DNA of 64,000 nucleotides from Candidatus Saccharimonadales bacterium (GCA_041752595.1 JBGSWE010000004.1:151057-215056), one strand, 5' to 3'. Positions 53,288 to 62,402 are shown, counted from the first letter of the stretch. Notes: generated by a model not told the origin, from the sequence alone. A program made the numbers and translations.

Positions 53288-55219
53288 ATGGGGCGACCTG
53301 TCGTACTTAGTAATGGCTCTTTATTTGTAGGACTTAACCAAGATGGCCAGGTTCATGATTTTTACTATCCTTATGTGGGGCTAGAAAACTTAACCACTGC
53401 TCGTTCAGTCAGTCATAGGATTGGTGTTTGGGTAGATGATAACTTTAGCTGGACTAACGATAGTAGCTGGTTAATTAGTGTAGATTTTGAAGAAGATGCA
53501 CTAATAAGCAATATCGTAATGAAACATATGGATCTCGGAATAGAATTACATTTTCAGGATTTTGTAGACACATCTTCAAATGCTTTTTGTAGACATATTA
53601 AAGTTATTAATAAGTTTGATTACCAAAGAGATGTTCGTTTGTTTATGCATCAGGTTTTTCAGATTTCCCATGCCGGCAGAGCCGATACTGCCCTGTATGA
53701 ACCAGATGGAAACTACATTCTAGACTATAAGGGCCGCTGTAGCTTGCTTATTTATGCTGAAAACAGCGATGGCTCACCATTTGACCAATATGCAGTTGGT
53801 AATTACGGTATTGAGGGTAAGGAAGGCACATTCAAGGACGCCGAAGACGGCGAACTTTCTGGGAACTCAGTAGAGCACGGTGGAGTTGACTCGGTGTTGC
53901 GACTCAAAATACCGCTAGGCGCACTTCAAGCTAGAGTTGTTGACTATTGGGTTATTGGTGCAAATTCTCAGTCAGATGCAGAAGTAATACACGATAAATT
54001 AAAAGAACAAGGTTTAGTATCCCGCATGGGTGATGTTAGGCGCTGGTGGGAAAACTGGATGTCAACATCTAAAGACAAAATATCTAAAATTGAATCTGAA
54101 TATCGTCCGTTAACCAAAAAATCTTTATTAGTTATAAAAGCCCATACAGATGTAAGGGGTGGCATATTAGCATCTGGTGATTCGAGTATATTTAATTATG
54201 GACGCGATTATTATTGCTATTGTTGGCCCAGGGATGGGGCGTATGCGATATGGCCACTTCTAAGGATGGGATACAAAGAAGAAGCTAAAAACTTCTTCGA
54301 ATTTAGCCGAGATATCATACATAAAGACGGTTATATGATGCATAAATATCAACCAGATAGAGCAATTGGCAGTACTTGGCACCCTTTGGTTCACAACAAC
54401 AAGCGCGAGCTGGCTATTCAAGAAGACGAAACTGGCATTGTATTAATAATGCTAGGAGAATACTTAAAAATAACTGGTGACAAAGAGTATGTTGAACTTT
54501 TATATAGCACTTTAGTGCGACCCGCAGCCCAGTTTATGCAATCTTTTGTAGATGAATCCACCAAACTTCCCCACGCCAGCTACGATCTTTGGGAAGAAAA
54601 GTTTCTAACAAGTACATATACTACGGCCGTAACTTACGCATCACTTAAAGTGGCAGCACACCTTGCGGAAACGTTTAACTATCCTGACGACTCTGTTGCT
54701 TGGAGCGAATCTGCTAATTCACTGGTACAAGGTTTTGATACGCTATTCGACTCAGAACGAAAAGCTTACCGTAAAGGAGTGCTACTTAAAGATGACGGTA
54801 GTCTCACCTATGACAATACCCTAGACGTATCCAGTATGTATGGAATGATGATGTTTGGACCTGACGGTGCTAAGCCAAAACTAGCTGATACTGTACATTT
54901 AATCGAGATAATCCTTATGAACCAATCACCTTCTGGTGGTGCACCGCGTTATGAAAACGATTGGTATATGCGTAAAAAAGAAAAGTTCTTAGGAAACCCT
55001 TGGATTATTACGTCTTTATGGTTGGCTCAGTATTACCACGAACAAGGTCAATCTGATAAAGCTCACGAGATTATGGCTTGGGCTGCAACCAAAGCAACAG
55101 CAAGTGGTATCTTTAGCGAGCAAATAGAACCAGAAACAGGCAACCAATTAGGGGTATCACCACTTGTTTGGAGCCATGCAGAGTATATAAATACAGCATT
55201 AGACCTGGCTAATCTTTAA
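53288..55219 (+). CDS. Glycoside hydrolase family 15 (glucoamylase-like)
   Basis: 643 aa. It has YCWPRDGAYA and SYDLWEEKF catalytic-region motifs. Confidence 0.85.
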   Translation: MGRPVVLSNGSLFVGLNQDGQVHDFYYPYVGLENLTTARSVSHRIGVWVDDNFSWTNDSSWLISVDFEEDALISNIVMKHMDLGIELHFQDFVDTSSNAFCRHIKVINKFDYQRDVRLFMHQVFQISHAGRADTALYEPDGNYILDYKGRCSLLIYAENSDGSPFDQYAVGNYGIEGKEGTFKDAEDGELSGNSVEHGGVDSVLRLKIPLGALQARVVDYWVIGANSQSDAEVIHDKLKEQGLVSRMGDVRRWWENWMSTSKDKISKIESEYRPLTKKSLLVIKAHTDVRGGILASGDSSIFNYGRDYYCYCWPRDGAYAIWPLLRMGYKEEAKNFFEFSRDIIHKDGYMMHKYQPDRAIGSTWHPLVHNNKRELAIQEDETGIVLIMLGEYLKITGDKEYVELLYSTLVRPAAQFMQSFVDESTKLPHASYDLWEEKFLTSTYTTAVTYASLKVAAHLAETFNYPDDSVAWSESANSLVQGFDTLFDSERKAYRKGVLLKDDGSLTYDNTLDVSSMYGMMMFGPDGAKPKLADTVHLIEIILMNQSPSGGAPRYENDWYMRKKEKFLGNPWIITSLWLAQYYHEQGQSDKAHEIMAWAATKATASGIFSEQIEPETGNQLGVSPLVWSHAEYINTALDLANL

Positions 55220-55248
55220 GCGTATGTAAAAATAGCCCTTTTGTGGGG

Positions 55249-55452
55249 CTATTTCTTTGGGTTTACTGTGTTACGTCCAAGATTCTTCTTGGTTTCTTCG
55301 TACCATGCATGCGCACGAATAACTGGGTCATATTTTCTTAAGCGTAGTTTTTCTGGCGTGTTCATAGTATTTTTGGTTGTGTAATAAGTACGATGACCAG
55401 AAGCCTCGCTAACCAAACCTACAATTTTGCGCTTATCGCCTTTTTTTGCCAT
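55249..55452 (-). CDS. rpmG: 50S ribosomal protein L33
   Basis: 67 aa. KIVGLVSEASGHRTYYTTKNTMNTPEKLRLRKYDPVIRAH aligns with L33 of the non-zinc type. Confidence 0.9.
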   Translation of the reverse strand: MAKKGDKRKIVGLVSEASGHRTYYTTKNTMNTPEKLRLRKYDPVIRAHAWYEETKKNLGRNTVNPKK

Positions 55453-55488
55453 AGTTAAGTAAGATTATAACAGATGTGTATTAGATAA

Positions 55489-55881
55489 TCAACTAACTAG
55501 TTCAGTTATTCTACTGTTTGCGTATTCTTCGACTTCTACAGTCCAGTCAGTATCTATTCCAGATGGGCCTCTTGGGTCTATGTCGGGGTCTTCTGGATCA
55601 TCAGGCCATTTGTCTGGCCATTCATCGTCATCATCTGTATCATCATCACCTAAAGTGTCAATAAACTTACGCGTATCTTGATATTCACGAATAAGTGGGC
55701 TTACTACTGCTGCAACGCCTATCATTCCGACAATACGGCTTAAACCACTTTGTAGTACGGTTAAGTTTAGTACCTCAGGGGCGTAGGTTCCAAAACCAAA
55801 CAGTACTAAACCTACGGTTCTGACGCGATTATGTAGCGCAATGGTTTCACGATCTAAAAATGGTGGATTATTTTCATGCAT
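55489..55881 (-). CDS. Hypothetical membrane protein with a poly-acidic tail
   Basis: 130 aa with two TM helices, followed by DDDTDDDDEWPDKWPDDPEDPDIDP. Confidence 0.45.
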   Translation of the reverse strand: MHENNPPFLDRETIALHNRVRTVGLVLFGFGTYAPEVLNLTVLQSGLSRIVGMIGVAAVVSPLIREYQDTRKFIDTLGDDDTDDDDEWPDKWPDDPEDPDIDPRGPSGIDTDWTVEVEEYANSRITELVS

Positions 55882-55888
55882 AATATAT

Positions 55889-55963
55889 TGGAGCCACGAC
55901 TGGGATTTGAACCCAGGACCCCGAACTTACCATGTTCGTGCTCTACCCCTGAGCTATCGCGGC
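55889..55963 (-). tRNA. tRNA-Thr (anticodon GGT), CCA encoded
   Basis: Acceptor stem GCCGCGA/TCGTGGC, anticodon stem CGAAC/GTTCG with loop ATGGTAA, T-arm CTGGG-TTCAAAT-CCCAG. Confidence 0.9.
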
Positions 55964-56005
55964 TCGTCATTGTGTGATCAATTTCTATGAGCACGTATTT
56001 AAGTA

Positions 56006-56091
56006 TGGTGCAGAGTGAAGGATTCGAACCTTCGAAGGCGAATGCCGAGAGATTTACAGTCTCTTGTGTTTGACCGCTTCACTAACTCTGC
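56006..56091 (-). tRNA. tRNA-Tyr (anticodon GTA), long variable arm, CCA encoded
   Basis: Acceptor stem GCAGAGT/ACTCTGC and anticodon loop CTGTAAA. It has a class II variable arm and the T-loop GGTTCGAATCC. Confidence 0.9.
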
Positions 56092-56129
56092 ATATATACA
56101 TGTAAGATTGCTTTAATCTGTAAATAGTC

Positions 56130-56206
56130 TGGAGCCACCTGTCGGATTCGAACCGACGACCCTCAGTTTACAAAACTGATGCTCTAACCAGCTGAGCTAA
56201 GGTGGC
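56130..56206 (-). tRNA. tRNA-Thr (anticodon TGT), CCA encoded
   Basis: Acceptor stem GCCACCT/AGGTGGC, anticodon stem TCAGT/ACTGA with loop TTTGTAA, T-arm GTCGG-TTCGAAT-CCGAC. Confidence 0.9.
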
Positions 56207-56267
56207 GCAATACCGAAACATCTTACCAAATTTACCCCTATAAAACAACACTTTCAAGGTGTTTTGT

Positions 56268-56921
56268 CTAAATAACAACTTTGCGGGGGCGTAGGACTCT
56301 ACGAGGCTTGCCGGCAGGCATTATGAGCTTATCTAGCTTTACTTTGAGTATATCGGCCTCTGTGAACATTTCCTTTGATTCATAGGCCCTAATTAGAAGC
56401 TGGAAGGTTTCTGGGTTTGGTTCTAGTTCTGTGGCCTTTTCTAGTTCTTGTAGCATTAGCTTGTCGTTACCTAGTTTTTCTTGTACTTTTGCGTAGGCAA
56501 TGTGTCTTGCAGCCAGAGAGTCCTCTAGTTTTAGTGCTTGTTCAAATGCCAGTCCGGCTTTAACGTAGTTTTCTGTTTCGTAATAAATTAAGCCTAGGTT
56601 GTGTAGTGACGAAGCGCTTGGGTCAATAGAGCTAGCAATTTCAAAACAATCAATCGCGTCCTTGTATTCCTTTTGCTTAGCATAGAGTATACCTAGGCGG
56701 TTATAGGCTGCTGCGTTCTTTTGATCGATCTTAAGTATGGTCAAAAGGGCCTTTTCGGCTCTTAAGAAACGGTTTTCGCGCATACCTTGGTGAGCAATAT
56801 CCCATAATTTACTCATTCTATCGCTGAGACGTTCAGCTGCAGGTGAAAGTTCTGTGTCTCTAATACGAGTACTGCGGTACGCAAGAATCCCAAATCCAAA
56901 CACAAATACTAAGGAAAACAT
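56268..56921 (-). CDS. Membrane-anchored TPR-repeat protein
   Basis: 217 aa with an N-terminal TM helix. It has about 4 TPR-like repeats (AAAYNRLGILYAKQKEYKDAIDCFEIA...). Confidence 0.7.
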   Translation of the reverse strand: MFSLVFVFGFGILAYRSTRIRDTELSPAAERLSDRMSKLWDIAHQGMRENRFLRAEKALLTILKIDQKNAAAYNRLGILYAKQKEYKDAIDCFEIASSIDPSASSLHNLGLIYYETENYVKAGLAFEQALKLEDSLAARHIAYAKVQEKLGNDKLMLQELEKATELEPNPETFQLLIRAYESKEMFTEADILKVKLDKLIMPAGKPRRVLRPRKVVI

Positions 56922-56962
56922 ATGTAAGCATAATTATACCACAGCAAATTGGCTGAGAAATT

Positions 56963-57835
56963 TTATAAATTAATAAACACGTTATCGAGAAAAAGCTTTA
57001 TGTTGGCGTTTTGTGATAGCATTTTGCTACTTTTTATCAAGTATTCTTGCCTATCCCGCCACTGTAATATTGCAGATTCTTTGCCCTGCCTAATTGATAC
57101 CACCATTGCTGCATGCGAAATCCTAATAAAGGCATTAATAAGCATTTTAACCTGTTGTTTGTCTTTTGAAAGTTCATCTACTCTTAACAACCGTTTACCA
57201 ACTGGTTCGGACAAAATGGTTTTAGCTAGTTGGACCTTTTCTATTAGCGGGTGTTCTTGACTAAATAATAATGAATACAGCAAACCCGCCTGCCCCTGCG
57301 ACAAGCTATAGTATTTGGATATTTCTAGACTACTTTTGCCTAATTGAGCAAAATAATCCATAGCTTGGTCTTCTGAAACGGGCAGAATATTTAGTTCTTC
57401 GGTTCGTGAAGTTATAGTTGGTAATATCAGGTCACTACTTGTAACAGTTAAAATGATGCAAGTGTCCAGTGGTGGCTCCTCAAGTGTTTTAAGCAGTGCA
57501 TTTTGGGCTTCTGCACGCATTCGTTGGACACCGTCAATTAGTACTACTCTTTCTATTGATTTGTTATGTGAGGGCACTTTTAATTTCAAAAACTGTTGCA
57601 AGGCACGTATTTCGTCAATACTTATACTCTCCCCGTCTGGATTTATGCGCAGGAAATAGCCATGGCCGGCTAGTTTATCGGTAGATATTGCTAGTAATTC
57701 TGCAGCAACTAACGAGGCAAGGCTTTCTTTGCCGCTGCCCTCGACACCAACTAGTAGGATGCTTGCAGGTTTGCGCTGCAAAATTTGTTTAACCTGGTTA
57801 TCCGTTTTTGGATGCAGAAGTAAATTATGGTTCAT
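56963..57835 (-). CDS. holB: DNA polymerase III delta' subunit
   Basis: 290 aa. Degenerate P-loop GVEGSGKES, NALLKTLEEPP, and a TITSRT sensor motif. Confidence 0.8.
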   Translation of the reverse strand: MNHNLLLHPKTDNQVKQILQRKPASILLVGVEGSGKESLASLVAAELLAISTDKLAGHGYFLRINPDGESISIDEIRALQQFLKLKVPSHNKSIERVVLIDGVQRMRAEAQNALLKTLEEPPLDTCIILTVTSSDLILPTITSRTEELNILPVSEDQAMDYFAQLGKSSLEISKYYSLSQGQAGLLYSLLFSQEHPLIEKVQLAKTILSEPVGKRLLRVDELSKDKQQVKMLINAFIRISHAAMVVSIRQGKESAILQWRDRQEYLIKSSKMLSQNANIKLFLDNVFINL

Positions 57836-58692
57836 TACTGGTACTTGTTGAATACTTCTGGCAATTCGGCGCTGAATATTTTTGTCTCATTGTTTGGTAG
57901 AGTGATTTCTAACTTGGCTGCGTGCAACATTAATCTATCTGCCGGTTCACCACCGTACAACAGGTCACCAACAATTGGATGGTTAAGTTCTTTTAAGTGA
58001 ACTCTTATTTGATGAGTACGGCCTGTTTCTGGGCTAAGTTCTAGTGTGCTGTATTTTTCTGTCGTATTAGTAGCCTTATAGCGGGTTAGAGCTGGTTTAC
58101 CACCTTGACTTACCTGAAACTGCTGAGGTTTGCTTGGGTTACGAGCTATAGGCATATCTATTTTACCTTCGTCGGTCGGCAAACTATGATTAATTACTGC
58201 AATATAGGTTTTATTAACTTTGCGCATAGAAAACTGCTTTTGTAACCAACTAAGGGTTTCAAAATTCTTGGCACAGATCATAACACCACTGGTGGCACGG
58301 TCTAGTCGGTGAACAATACCGGCACGATCACCTGTTTCGTGGGTTATTTGGCGCACGAATGATGCAACCGATGCTTCATCAAAATACCTGCCTCTAGCGT
58401 GACTAATCACTCCGGATGGCTTATCTATAACAAGCACATCGTCGTCCTGATAAATAATGGGTAGGTCTATATCTGGAATATTGATATCAAGTGGGCTCAA
58501 GTCTACTTTAACTCTATCGTTTAGCCTGGTTTTAATACCTGGTTTGGTAATTTTGTCATTTAACCAGACTAGATCCATGTCGAATAGTTTGGCTAGTGCG
58601 GCACGCGGAAACTGCGGCAAACTATCGGCAAGTAGCTTATCTGTACGTCTACCTACCAAGTCTTCATTTACTTTAACTACAAAAACTGGCAT
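57835..58692 (-). CDS. rluD: RluA/RluD-family pseudouridine synthase
   Basis: 285 aa. S4-like N-terminus, catalytic HRLDRATSGVM, and GRTHQIR. Confidence 0.9.
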   Translation of the reverse strand: MPVFVVKVNEDLVGRRTDKLLADSLPQFPRAALAKLFDMDLVWLNDKITKPGIKTRLNDRVKVDLSPLDINIPDIDLPIIYQDDDVLVIDKPSGVISHARGRYFDEASVASFVRQITHETGDRAGIVHRLDRATSGVMICAKNFETLSWLQKQFSMRKVNKTYIAVINHSLPTDEGKIDMPIARNPSKPQQFQVSQGGKPALTRYKATNTTEKYSTLELSPETGRTHQIRVHLKELNHPIVGDLLYGGEPADRLMLHAAKLEITLPNNETKIFSAELPEVFNKYQ

Positions 58693-59724
58693 CTAACCCC
58701 TTAATCCCACCGCTTTTTGAACATTTAATAGAGTTTTGTTAGCAATTTCTGCCATTGCTTTCTCTGATAAGTCCAGTTTGGCTAGAATTGCTTGGTCGTC
58801 TACCTGAGCCAATCTAGTTTGCAAGCCCTCTAGGAAGCTCTGTAAGGCTTCTGCGGCGGCTTTTTTGAGATCGCCGTAGCTTGTTTTACCCCTCCATTCA
58901 TCTGCCACATCTGTAACTGTGGTGTTTGTAAGTAAGGCTAGTATTTGTAACAGATTACTAATACCTGGTTGATTATCCCAATCATAATTAATTACACCTA
59001 CGCTATCTGTAGCGGCTCCCATAATCTTTTTGGCGCTAGCGCTAGGGTTATCAGATAGGAATATTACACCCTTGCCAGTATCATCGCTCTTGCTCATCTT
59101 TTTAGTTGGGTCTGCCAAATCTTTAATACGTAGGCCCTGGTCTTTGCCAAAAAACTCATGCTGAGCCTTAACTGCCTTCGGTATTAAAAATAGCTCGCCA
59201 AACTGATTATTCATGCGTTCGCCGATGTCTCTGGCAAATTCAAGATGTTGCGACTGATCATCACCAACTGGTACGTAGGTTGCTCCATATAGCAAAATAT
59301 CGGCCGCCATTAGCACTGGGTAGTTAAATAAGCCTACACTGATTCTATCTTCTGCAATCTTGCCGGATTTATCCTTGAACTGTGTCATACGGGTCATTTC
59401 ACCCATGCCTGTAAAGCAATCTAGTATCCAAGTTAGTTCGCTATGAGCGGGTATATAGCTCTGGCGGTAAATATAAATATTTGGTTTTTCGAGTGGTAAA
59501 CCTGCTGCTACGAACAGCCGTAGATTATGCATAATTTGTGACTGTAACTGGGTGTGATGAATTGGTGTGGTAAAGCTATGAAGATCTGGCACAAATAAAT
59601 TAACCTGATAATCATCAGATTTGCTATTGGCCATATCATTCATGGGCAAAATTGCACCAAAATAATTACCTAATGTCAGGTCATTATTGGCCCTAATACC
59701 CGTTAAAACTACTTCTTTACTCAT
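58693..59724 (-). CDS. trpS: Tryptophan--tRNA ligase
   Basis: 343 aa. It has class I motifs (TLGNYFG HIGH-like, and KMSKS) and GDDQSQH. Confidence 0.95.
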   Translation of the reverse strand: MSKEVVLTGIRANNDLTLGNYFGAILPMNDMANSKSDDYQVNLFVPDLHSFTTPIHHTQLQSQIMHNLRLFVAAGLPLEKPNIYIYRQSYIPAHSELTWILDCFTGMGEMTRMTQFKDKSGKIAEDRISVGLFNYPVLMAADILLYGATYVPVGDDQSQHLEFARDIGERMNNQFGELFLIPKAVKAQHEFFGKDQGLRIKDLADPTKKMSKSDDTGKGVIFLSDNPSASAKKIMGAATDSVGVINYDWDNQPGISNLLQILALLTNTTVTDVADEWRGKTSYGDLKKAAAEALQSFLEGLQTRLAQVDDQAILAKLDLSEKAMAEIANKTLLNVQKAVGLRG

Positions 59725-59754
59725 TACAGATAGTATACATTATTTGCAGGCAAA

Positions 59755-60027
59755 TTAATTTGTAAGCAAATGAATGCCTAGGGCAAGTCCAGCACTGGCA
59801 AATATACAAACAATCAGATGAAACCTAGATCTTCTAACTGAGTAACTTCGTCTAATAATATAAGTAGTGAATAGGATTCCGGGTAATCCGAGAGCGAGTC
59901 CTATTATTCTTAGCTGCATTGTACCTGCATAAAAGAAAACACTAAGGAAAATAATAGCAACAATACTAACAGCAATCAGCCAATAATCCTCAGGTCTAAA
60001 TCTATTGATTTTAATCATCTTAACCAT
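59755..60027 (-). CDS. Hypothetical small membrane protein
   Basis: 90 aa with 3 TM helices. The true start is possibly Met4 (MIKINRFRPEDYW). Confidence 0.45.
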   Translation of the reverse strand: MVKMIKINRFRPEDYWLIAVSIVAIIFLSVFFYAGTMQLRIIGLALGLPGILFTTYIIRRSYSVRRSRFHLIVCIFASAGLALGIHLLTN

Positions 60028-60038
60028 AAGTATATCAG

Positions 60039-60497
60039 CTAGTTGTTAAACGGTGTTAAAAATGCCTTTAATCTTCTTATTAGTTCATTAGCACCAGACT
60101 CACCATATACTAGGCTCAGAGAACGTAACTTTTCTGTGATATCTAATATCTCAGGCTTTTTAAGCACTACCCAAAGCACTAGTTCTTCGAAATCTCTGTT
60201 CATTGATTTATCAAATCTTAACGTTACATTGTTTAATGAGTAGGTAAGAATAACCGTAAGTAGTGCTGATCGTTTGTTACCTTCAACAAAGGCATGATTA
60301 CGTGCAAGTGAATCCAATAAAACTGCACAAACTGTATGTATGTCTGAATTAGGATTATAAGATAAAAAAGTTTTAGGCCTGTCCACGGCTGCTTCAATAA
60401 CTTTTTTGTCTAAAATACCTGGCCTACCACCAGATACATCAATGACAGCATCATGAATATCTATGATGTGTTCGTAAATCGGCAAGTAAATATGCAT
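60039..60497 (-). CDS. doc: Doc (Fic-fold) toxin
   Basis: 152 aa. It has the Doc-type Fic motif HAFVEGNKRSAL. Confidence 0.85.
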   Translation of the reverse strand: MHIYLPIYEHIIDIHDAVIDVSGGRPGILDKKVIEAAVDRPKTFLSYNPNSDIHTVCAVLLDSLARNHAFVEGNKRSALLTVILTYSLNNVTLRFDKSMNRDFEELVLWVVLKKPEILDITEKLRSLSLVYGESGANELIRRLKAFLTPFNN

Positions 60498-60598
60498 TAT
60501 TTATCGGCAAGAGAAATAAGAGCTGGCTTCATATTTTCCGCAAGCTTCTTAACAAGTTTTTTGTCGCTTTTTTTTGCATATGTAAGCTTAGCTGTCAT
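60497..60598 (-). CDS. Candidate minimal antitoxin (33 aa), not in the supplied track
   Basis: Translation MTAKLTYAKKSDKKLVKKLAENMKPALISLADK. Its stop forms a TAATG overlap with the doc start. Confidence 0.4.
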   Translation of the reverse strand: MTAKLTYAKKSDKKLVKKLAENMKPALISLADK

Positions 60599-60650
60599 AA
60601 ATACATTATATCATAGCTTAAATTTGTTAACCATAACCACATAACAAACC

Positions 60651-60704
60651 CTAGTTAGCAACTAGCCAATAATCCTCAGGACGAAAACGATTAATCTTAA
60701 GCAT
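60651..60704 (-). pseudogene. Truncated, diverged copy of the 5' end of the 59755..60027 gene
   Basis: It encodes MLKINRFRPEDYWLVAN* compared with M(VKM)IKINRFRPEDYWLIAV. There is a 17-nt perfect core (agccaataatcctcagg), and the differences are mostly synonymous. Confidence 0.6.
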
Positions 60705-60755
60705 ATTGATAAAATGTACAAGTAACCGCAACGGTCTTAATCATCAAAAACCGTA

Positions 60756-61028
60756 TTATTCAGATTTAGTAACCGACCTTCTACCCACACAAGCACCTAC
60801 CACAAGACCCATCCAAAGCGCTCTTAATTCTGCTGAAGCAACAGTTTGCTCAAATAATCTTGGTCTGTTTCCTACAATTGTTTGCGCACTAGCAAGGAGC
60901 ACATTTAATAACTCAGGATCACCTACCATTTCTGTCATAGTATCAAATTGAACTTCATAATCTGTATCTGTTGTTGCATCTAAGAATGTTTCGAATGCAC
61001 CCGTTACGATATCTAAGTTACTTGGCAT
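60756..61028 (-). CDS. Hypothetical acidic protein
   Basis: 90-aa ORF with no recognisable motif. Confidence 0.4.
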   Translation of the reverse strand: MPSNLDIVTGAFETFLDATTDTDYEVQFDTMTEMVGDPELLNVLLASAQTIVGNRPRLFEQTVASAELRALWMGLVVGACVGRRSVTKSE

Positions 61029-61091
61029 ATTATTCTCCTATTAAAAAAGGAACGGTTTCCCGCCCCTTGATTAAAATAATTAATGTAATTA

Positions 61092-61487
61092 TTAACGCTT
61101 TGTGAACTGACGCTGTTTGCGGGCCTTCTTAAGACCAAACTTCTTGCGTTCTTTTTCACGAGGATCACGAGATAGTAATTCTGCTTTCTTAAGCGTATCC
61201 TTGAGGTCTGCGTTTAAGCTAACCAGTGATTTAGCAATACCAAGACGAATTGCGTCAACTTGGCCACTAATACCACCACCAGTAACTACTACAGATACAT
61301 CAAATGCATCCTTTTCGATAACTGCAAAAGGCTTCTTGAGCTCTGTAAGAAGGTATTCGCTTCCACTAAGGTACTCGATAGCTGGCTTGCCGTTAATGAC
61401 AATATTGCCTTTGCCACCTTGCAAACGAACACGAGCGGTTGCGCTTTTGCGACGACCGAGTGAGTAAAAATATGTTTCTTTAGCCAT
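61092..61487 (-). CDS. rpsI: 30S ribosomal protein S9
   Basis: 131 aa. It has GRRKSATARVRL and ends in the basic tail ..KKARKQRQFTKR. Confidence 0.95.
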   Translation of the reverse strand: MAKETYFYSLGRRKSATARVRLQGGKGNIVINGKPAIEYLSGSEYLLTELKKPFAVIEKDAFDVSVVVTGGGISGQVDAIRLGIAKSLVSLNADLKDTLKKAELLSRDPREKERKKFGLKKARKQRQFTKR

Positions 61488-61930
61488 TATTTGCTCGCTT
61501 TCTTGATTGAAATAGATTCAGGTTTTTGGGCAGCATGATTGTGCTCTGCGCCTGCATATATCTTGAGTCTTTTTAATCTATCATCACGTAGCTTGTTAAC
61601 GGGTAGCATACCGCGAATAGCACGAGTAAGTGGTTTGGTCGGGTCTTTGGCCATAACTTCGTTAAAGCTAAGTTCTGTTAAACCACCAGGGTAATTACTG
61701 TGTCGGTAATAGATCTTGTCTGTTTCTTTTTTACCAGTAACGATAGTTTGATCGGCATTGATGATGATAACAAAATCACCAGTATCTATATGCTTAGTAA
61801 ACATCGGCTTTTCTTTGCCAGTTAGAAGTGTTGCTGCTTTTGTAGCAACTCTTCCTAGTGGAGCCTCTGAAGCGTCCAAAACATACCATTTGCGGGTAAC
61901 GTCGGTTGGTTTAGCTGAGTAAGTATTCAT
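61487..61930 (-). CDS. rplM: 50S ribosomal protein L13
   Basis: 147 aa. RKWYVLDASEAPLGRVATKAATLLTGK is canonical L13. Confidence 0.95.
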   Translation of the reverse strand: MNTYSAKPTDVTRKWYVLDASEAPLGRVATKAATLLTGKEKPMFTKHIDTGDFVIIINADQTIVTGKKETDKIYYRHSNYPGGLTELSFNEVMAKDPTKPLTRAIRGMLPVNKLRDDRLKRLKIYAGAEHNHAAQKPESISIKKASK

Positions 61931-62400
61931 TATCTTGCCTCTTTCTTAGCTACTGGCTTCTTAGCAACTGGTTTCTTTGCTGCTGGTTTAGTAGCTGCAA
62001 CTTTAGGCTTAGCTGCAGATTTTGCTACTGGAGCAACTTTAAGGTCATCTACAAAGCTAACGCGGGCAAGCTGTGCATTGTCACCACGGCGCATTACAGT
62101 GCGCTGTATGCGAAGGTGTCCAGATGTACGACCAGTTAGTTTAGGTGCAATATCGTCAACAAGCTTGTGTGCCATCTCGACTGTATCGAGACTTGCAAGT
62201 ACTTGACGACGGTTATGTAAATCACCTTTTTTAGCTTTGGTAATTAGTTTTTCTACGTAAGGAACAACAGCTTTTGCTTTTGGCAAAGTTGTTTCGATAG
62301 TTTCGTATTTAACGAGTGAGGTAGCCAAACCCTTAATAAGGGCTTCTCGCTGATCTCGCTCGCGGCCGAATTTGCGGCCTTTATATCCGTGACGGTGCAT
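61930..62400 (-). CDS. rplQ: 50S ribosomal protein L17 with an Ala/Lys/Pro-rich C-terminal tail
   Basis: 156 aa. The L17 core (GRKFGRERDQREALIKGLATSL) is followed by the tail KSAAKPKVAATKPAAKKPVAKKPVAKK. Confidence 0.95.
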   Translation of the reverse strand: MHRHGYKGRKFGRERDQREALIKGLATSLVKYETIETTLPKAKAVVPYVEKLITKAKKGDLHNRRQVLASLDTVEMAHKLVDDIAPKLTGRTSGHLRIQRTVMRRGDNAQLARVSFVDDLKVAPVAKSAAKPKVAATKPAAKKPVAKKPVAKKEAR

Positions 62401-62402
62401 GT

